DNA from: Octopus vulgaris
Taxonomy: Eukaryota
DNA: 64,000 bases
Direction of reading: 5' to 3'
NCBI GenBank assembly: GCA_951406725.2
Contig: OX597839.1
Location: 28,396,001 to 28,460,000 of the forward strand
Every line of letters starts with the position of its first letter. Position 1 is the stretch's first letter. Shown one piece after another: positions 59,165-64,000 of the stretch. A model generated the notes under the pieces. That model worked only from the letters and a program-made list of their open reading frames with translations, was not told the DNA's origin and did not search any database. The position numbers and the translations under genes are program-made.

Positions 59165-59168
<4 letters not shown>
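58495..59168 (-). mobile_element. Mariner remnant built from two inverted 5' ends
   Basis: ORF 58648..59004(-) MAAPLSMCTKEEQRTVMRFLWSEGVSGAEIHQR..SLYEWIEKFKSGRTS is a mariner transposase N-terminal HTH; the + strand start MATPLAICTKEEQR at 58661 mirrors it; mariner-type TIR-like ends. Confidence 0.85.
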
Positions 59169-59195
<27 letters not shown>

Positions 59196-59431
59196 TTCTT
59201 CATTGCCCACAGGGGACTAAACATAGAGGGGACAAACAAGGACAGACAAAAGGATTAGATCGATTACATCGACACCAGTGCGTAACTGGTACTTATTTAA
59301 TTGACCCTGAAAGGATGAAAGGCTAAGTCAATCTTGGCGGAATTTAAACTCAGAACACAGTGGCAGACGAAATACTGCTAAGCATTTCGCCCGACATGCT
59401 AACAATTCTGCCAGCTCTCTGCCTTTGATTG

Positions 59432-59462
<31 letters not shown>

Positions 59463-59566
59463 AAAAAATTATAAATGAGGGTGAAAAATCGATATTAATT
59501 TAATAATACCGTCAATTTAACACCAAGTGGCTTAGCACAAAAAAAACTACGGAGAAAATACAAATT

Positions 59567-59982
59567 TATACATAAATTATTAGAGAGTTATCCACTATGT
59601 GGATTACTCTAGTGCTAAAAATAGCTCCGAAGCAACCACAGAAAATCAGTTTCCAACTAGAGTTTGTCAGAAATGCAATTAATTAGATCGATTCGGGCGT
59701 CAAAAACACGAGCGGTCCAACCAATTACATTTTTAGTTTTTAGTTATGTCTCAAATTCCGCGCCAAAAGCATGCCTTAGACTCCATTGGAAACGTATGCC
59801 GCATCAAATAAAATATTGACTGCCGCGTAGACGCCCGAATCGATCTAATTAATTGCATTTCTGACAAACTCTACCGAAGATTTATGGATGCAAATGTAAC
59901 TGATTTTCTGTGGTTGCTTCGGAGCTATTTTTAGCACTAGAGTAATCCACATAGTGGATAACTCTCTAATAATTTATGTATA
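59567..59982. repeat. Inverted repeat element in (TA)n
   Basis: Arms ~59567-59701 and ~59830-59982 near-identical apart from one indel block; ~130-nt spacer. Confidence 0.85.
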
Positions 59983-60287
59983 TATATATATATATATATA
60001 TGCTGTGATTGCGAAGACCCAAGAAATAACGTGAGTTCATGGGTTCATAGCTGTTTCTTGCACCAGCTTCGCATAGCAGCCCCAGGCCATCCAAAGTACC
60101 TTGGATCGCAGGATGGTCTGCTGCAGCTTGTGGAGACCTACTGAGTCAAGTACACCAACATCAAAATAAAAATCAAATCCAAAAAATCGCAGGAAATGGT
60201 CTGCTGTGCTTGTGGAGACCTACTGAGTCATGTACACCAACATCAAAATAAAAATCAAATGGAAATTGTAGTTGTGATACCTGTGCC

Positions 60288-60346
<59 letters not shown>

Positions 60347-61357
60347 GATATATATATATATACATACATATATATATACATATACATACATACATACATG
60401 CATTATGATGGAATAGTTAATATAGGCGCAGGAGTGACTGTGTGGTAAGTAGCTTGCTTACCAACCACATGGTTCCAGGTTCAGTCCCACTGCGTGGCAC
60501 TGTGGGCAAGTGTTCTAGTATAGCCTCGGGCCAACCAAACCTATGTATAATCAGAAAAACCAGTATTTATTTAGTTGCTGCCCTTGCATGAAATTGTTGA
60601 TCTTCTGTTTTTGTTGATGATGATGATGACGATAATGTGGATGATGACAATAATTAGGATTATGATGATGATGATAATGTTTTGTTACTTCTCTCTCTTT
60701 TTCTCCCATTCACTCTTTCTCTCTCTCTCACTCCTTAATATCTATTGGGTATCTTTCATCCCTTGAGTTTTGTATATTAGCATTTGAAAGAAAGGGTCTG
60801 AAACTCTCCGCTGTCCTTCACCAAACCCCACTATTCTGCTGACCAACATACTAGTGCGCTGCTTCCAAACAATCACCCAGCCTGCTAGAAATAGCAGCTG
60901 AAACTCTCCCTTTAAAAAAACAAAACAAATGAAATTTAAACTACACTGCATCTAATTCTTGTGGCTTCGGAGTATTTTTTACTCCTATTTTTAGCAAAGC
61001 TGGTGCTTCTTATTGCCCTTGTTATATATATATATATCACATGATCACGTGACCAACCAGTCCATCAGATGTAGTTACACATCGCTGGTCACAATGCATT
61101 CGCATTGTTTTAGCCTTCGAATGACGCCACCCCGCTGGCTAAGCGAGCAGGCCAACAGAAGAAAGAGTGGTGAAAGAGTACAGCAGGGATCACCACCCCC
61201 TGCCGGAGCCTCGTGGAGCTTTTAGGTGTTTTTGCTCAATAAACACTCACAACGCCCGGTCTGGGAATCGAAACCGCGATCCTATGACCGTAAGTCTGCT
61301 GCCCTATCCACAAAGCCATTGCGCCTCCACATATATATATATATATACATACATACA

Positions 61358-61393
<36 letters not shown>

Positions 61394-61480
61394 TATATAA
61401 ATATACATACACACATACATATATATATATATAAATATACATACATACATACATATATATATAAGAGAGAGGGTACGTAC

Positions 61481-61522
<42 letters not shown>

Positions 61523-61731
61523 TAATAAGGGTGGCTAATTTGCAATTTTACAACCTAAAGGTAGAAATATATCCATCACTATAGTCACTGAGGGCACTAA
61601 TCAGCACCTGTATTGCTAGAAATAAGAGTCAAAGCAACTCATAGCCCCAAGAAGCACTCATCTTAATAACAGACAAAAGAGGAAAGCTCCCTCAGCGCCT
61701 AGGCATAGCCAGATCACAGTGCTTGTACATT

Positions 61732-61778
<47 letters not shown>

Positions 61779-61872
61779 ATCCAAACAAGAAAACACAGAA
61801 AAAAACACAGCAACGCGAGGACGTGGAACAATTAAATGTATTATTTAACGCTCAGGAAAGAAGGGAAGGAGG

Positions 61873-61907
61873 GTTTAACGTTTCGAGCGGAGCTCTTCGT
61901 CGGAAAC
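61873..61907 (-). ncRNA. Minimal hammerhead motif (core variant CCGACGA) in a (TA)n-flanked element at ~61775-61982
   Basis: Reverse strand reads gttt-CCGACGA-a-GAGC tcc GCTC-GAAA-CG-TT-aaac; palindromic stem III ACGT. Confidence 0.6.
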
Positions 61908-62209
61908 AAGGAGAAGGAAAGATCCCAAGAAGGGAAGACAGAGGAAAAAAATATTTTTGCTGGTGGTGCTCAAGAGATCACATATATATATAGGTTATAA
62001 GAGGTCATGGTGTCAGTCAGACCTGAAGGTGTCAGGTAATGCTGAGTAAGTGGTATGGATAGACCATAGTTAAGCTCCAGATTCAGTGATTATGCAAATA
62101 AGGAGTCCAACGTAGGTCATATATCAGCATGTGTATACATAAAAAAAATTTTTCAGAATGAGATAAAAAGCCAAGGCTGTGAAGATTTTAGAACATTTAT
62201 AAATAGAAG

Positions 62210-62257
62210 GTCTTACAGCTATTTCCAGAATATTTATTATATTCCTTCACTGGAGAC
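62210..62257 (-). ncRNA. Decayed hammerhead-like motif
   Basis: Reverse strand reads gtct-CCAGTGA-a-GGAATAT aataa ATATTCt-g-GAAA-tagctg-TA-agac; stems intact, core degenerate. Confidence 0.35.
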
Positions 62258-62712
62258 AGTGTCAGAAAATGGTTAAGCAATAGTTAATTTAGATAAGATA
62301 CGAAATAGAGAGTGAGGTGGAGGAATGAAAATAGATGTGAGATATACAGGGATATTGTATCTGTAGATCCATTATTTAGGCAGAATGGCATACATATAAG
62401 ATTCCAATACCTTATGAGCAAAATCCAATAGTATTTAAAATTGGTCATTCCAAGTATAGAGTTTGTGTATACAAATACATTCCCTACTTTTAGGTCACTT
62501 TAAATAAAACCCTTGATTCAATAGCACTGTGTACAATTTGAACTCAAAACATAAAGACAGACGAAATACCGCAAAGCATTTTGCCTGGCATGCTAACCAT
62601 TCTGCCAGCTCGTCCTATATATATATTTGTCTGATTCATTTGAATTAAGGTATTTTAATTATAAGGACACCACCAGATCAGAATCGGAATTAGCATATCC
62701 ATGTATATATCA

Positions 62713-63227
62713 CTAGCAGTATCGCCCGGCGTTGCTCGGGTTCGTAAGGGAAATAACTATATAAGCATTTTTAGAGAGTTACTTCCCTTATAGATGCCAA
62801 TTCGGGCTTTCTTAGCCATTTCTGTTTTGGTGTCTTCAAGCCTTGAAGTCGTTGTTCTAAAAGAACGCTAGTCTCCTTGACAACGCTTTACGATGTTGAT
62901 TTCCTTACACTCCCTTCCCCACAGCTTCACGAGGGAGGGAAGAAGGGGGAGAAGCAAACACAGGTGCAGGTGTGACCATGGACGCCAACTTCGCCGCCAT
63001 CGACACACGAAAAGTTATGCATTAAAATGGAATAATAAATGATGTTAAATTATTTTTAAAATCGTAGACTCATCGTAGACGCGCGCTAATAGCCAGACGG
63101 GCTCAATATGAATCACGACTATAAGATACCCGAATTTGGTTAAACTGCACCGCAAAATGTGGGAGGAGTTAGGAATCTAAATCGTAGGAGACAGACACTC
63201 ACACAACTAGAGTTTTATATATATAGA
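62713..63227 (-). mobile_element. Non-autonomous Helitron
   Basis: Minus strand 5' TCTATATATATAAAA, 3' hairpin CCCGAGCAACGCCGGG then CTAG; A/T insertion site. Confidence 0.8.
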
Positions 63228-63961
63228 TGTACAGACACACACACACACATATATCAATGTATATACAGACATGACCTAACAGTTACATATACACACACAT
63301 GAACAAATTAATATACGCATTAATATACAAATTAATATACACTACAGATGTAGTGTTTTCATTAGGAAAAACACAAATGGGTTGCGCTTCACTACAGCTG
63401 TTTCAAACATGTTTTTTTTTTACAAATACACTGATTACATCATGTATAAAAAAAAAAAATTACTAAATCAATTTACAAGGTTTTGGCTGGGCCCAGTGCT
63501 ATAGTAGGAGACCCTTGTCCAAGATGCCATGCTGTGGGACTGAACCTAAAAGCTGTGAGATAGAATTGAGACAGACATATTGAAAGTTCAGAGAATGAAT
63601 TTATTATTCAAATAATAAAAGTTCAAAGTTCAAAAACTGATTTAGAAAGAAGTTTCTCACATGCCAAATATATGCAACTGACACTCGGCCTTCATATGTA
63701 TAGGCATGTATGCATACTTGCATACAATCATATATACATAAAACATACATACATATATATACATGCATATATACACATGCATATATACACACACACATAT
63801 ATATACAAACACATACATAGATATATATGTGTGTGCATGTATACATATATAATATATATATATATCTATATATGTATGTATGTATGTATATTTATATATA
63901 TATATATATATATACGTACACACACACACATATGTACCTAGATATACATAAATCTATACAT

Positions 63962-63997
<36 letters not shown>

Positions 63998-64000
63998 AAC

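Noticed and set aside
61581-61635. CTGAGGG...GAAA..GTC hammerhead-like spacing
   Set aside because: Core mismatch and no convincing stems I or III.

Overview
Animal genomic DNA: AT-rich and saturated with (TA)n, (CA)n, (ATT)n and (GAT)n microsatellites and tRNA-derived SINEs. The repeat landscape suggests an octopus or other coleoid cephalopod (inference, not database-checked). The only host gene I can support is a + strand SEPT2-group septin (SEPT1/2/4/5-like). Nine GT-AG exons (6081-50640) splice in frame through the P-loop, DTPG, AKSD and septin-unique element to the start of the coiled coil. I did not find its first or last coding exons in the window. Nearly all ORFs in the supplied track are microsatellite or SINE artefacts. 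Three things stand out. (1) The introns contain at least seven sequence-distinct types of short element, mostly embedded in microsatellites, carrying minimal type I hammerhead-ribozyme motifs of the Penelope-like kind. Many are arranged as inverted (foldback) pairs, and stems covary between copies. (2) The 3' end of a HERO-like LINE fragment carries hammerhead core elements in a non-canonical, pseudoknotted order. (3) The 28.5 kb intron between the GTPase domain and the coiled coil holds several frame-preserving candidate cassette exons and microexons, one within a dense cluster of GCATG (Rbfox-type) motifs. Also present are MULE, mariner, hAT, piggyBac-like, Helitron and R4/Dong-like remnants and several minisatellites. 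All coordinates were read by eye and element boundaries are approximate.
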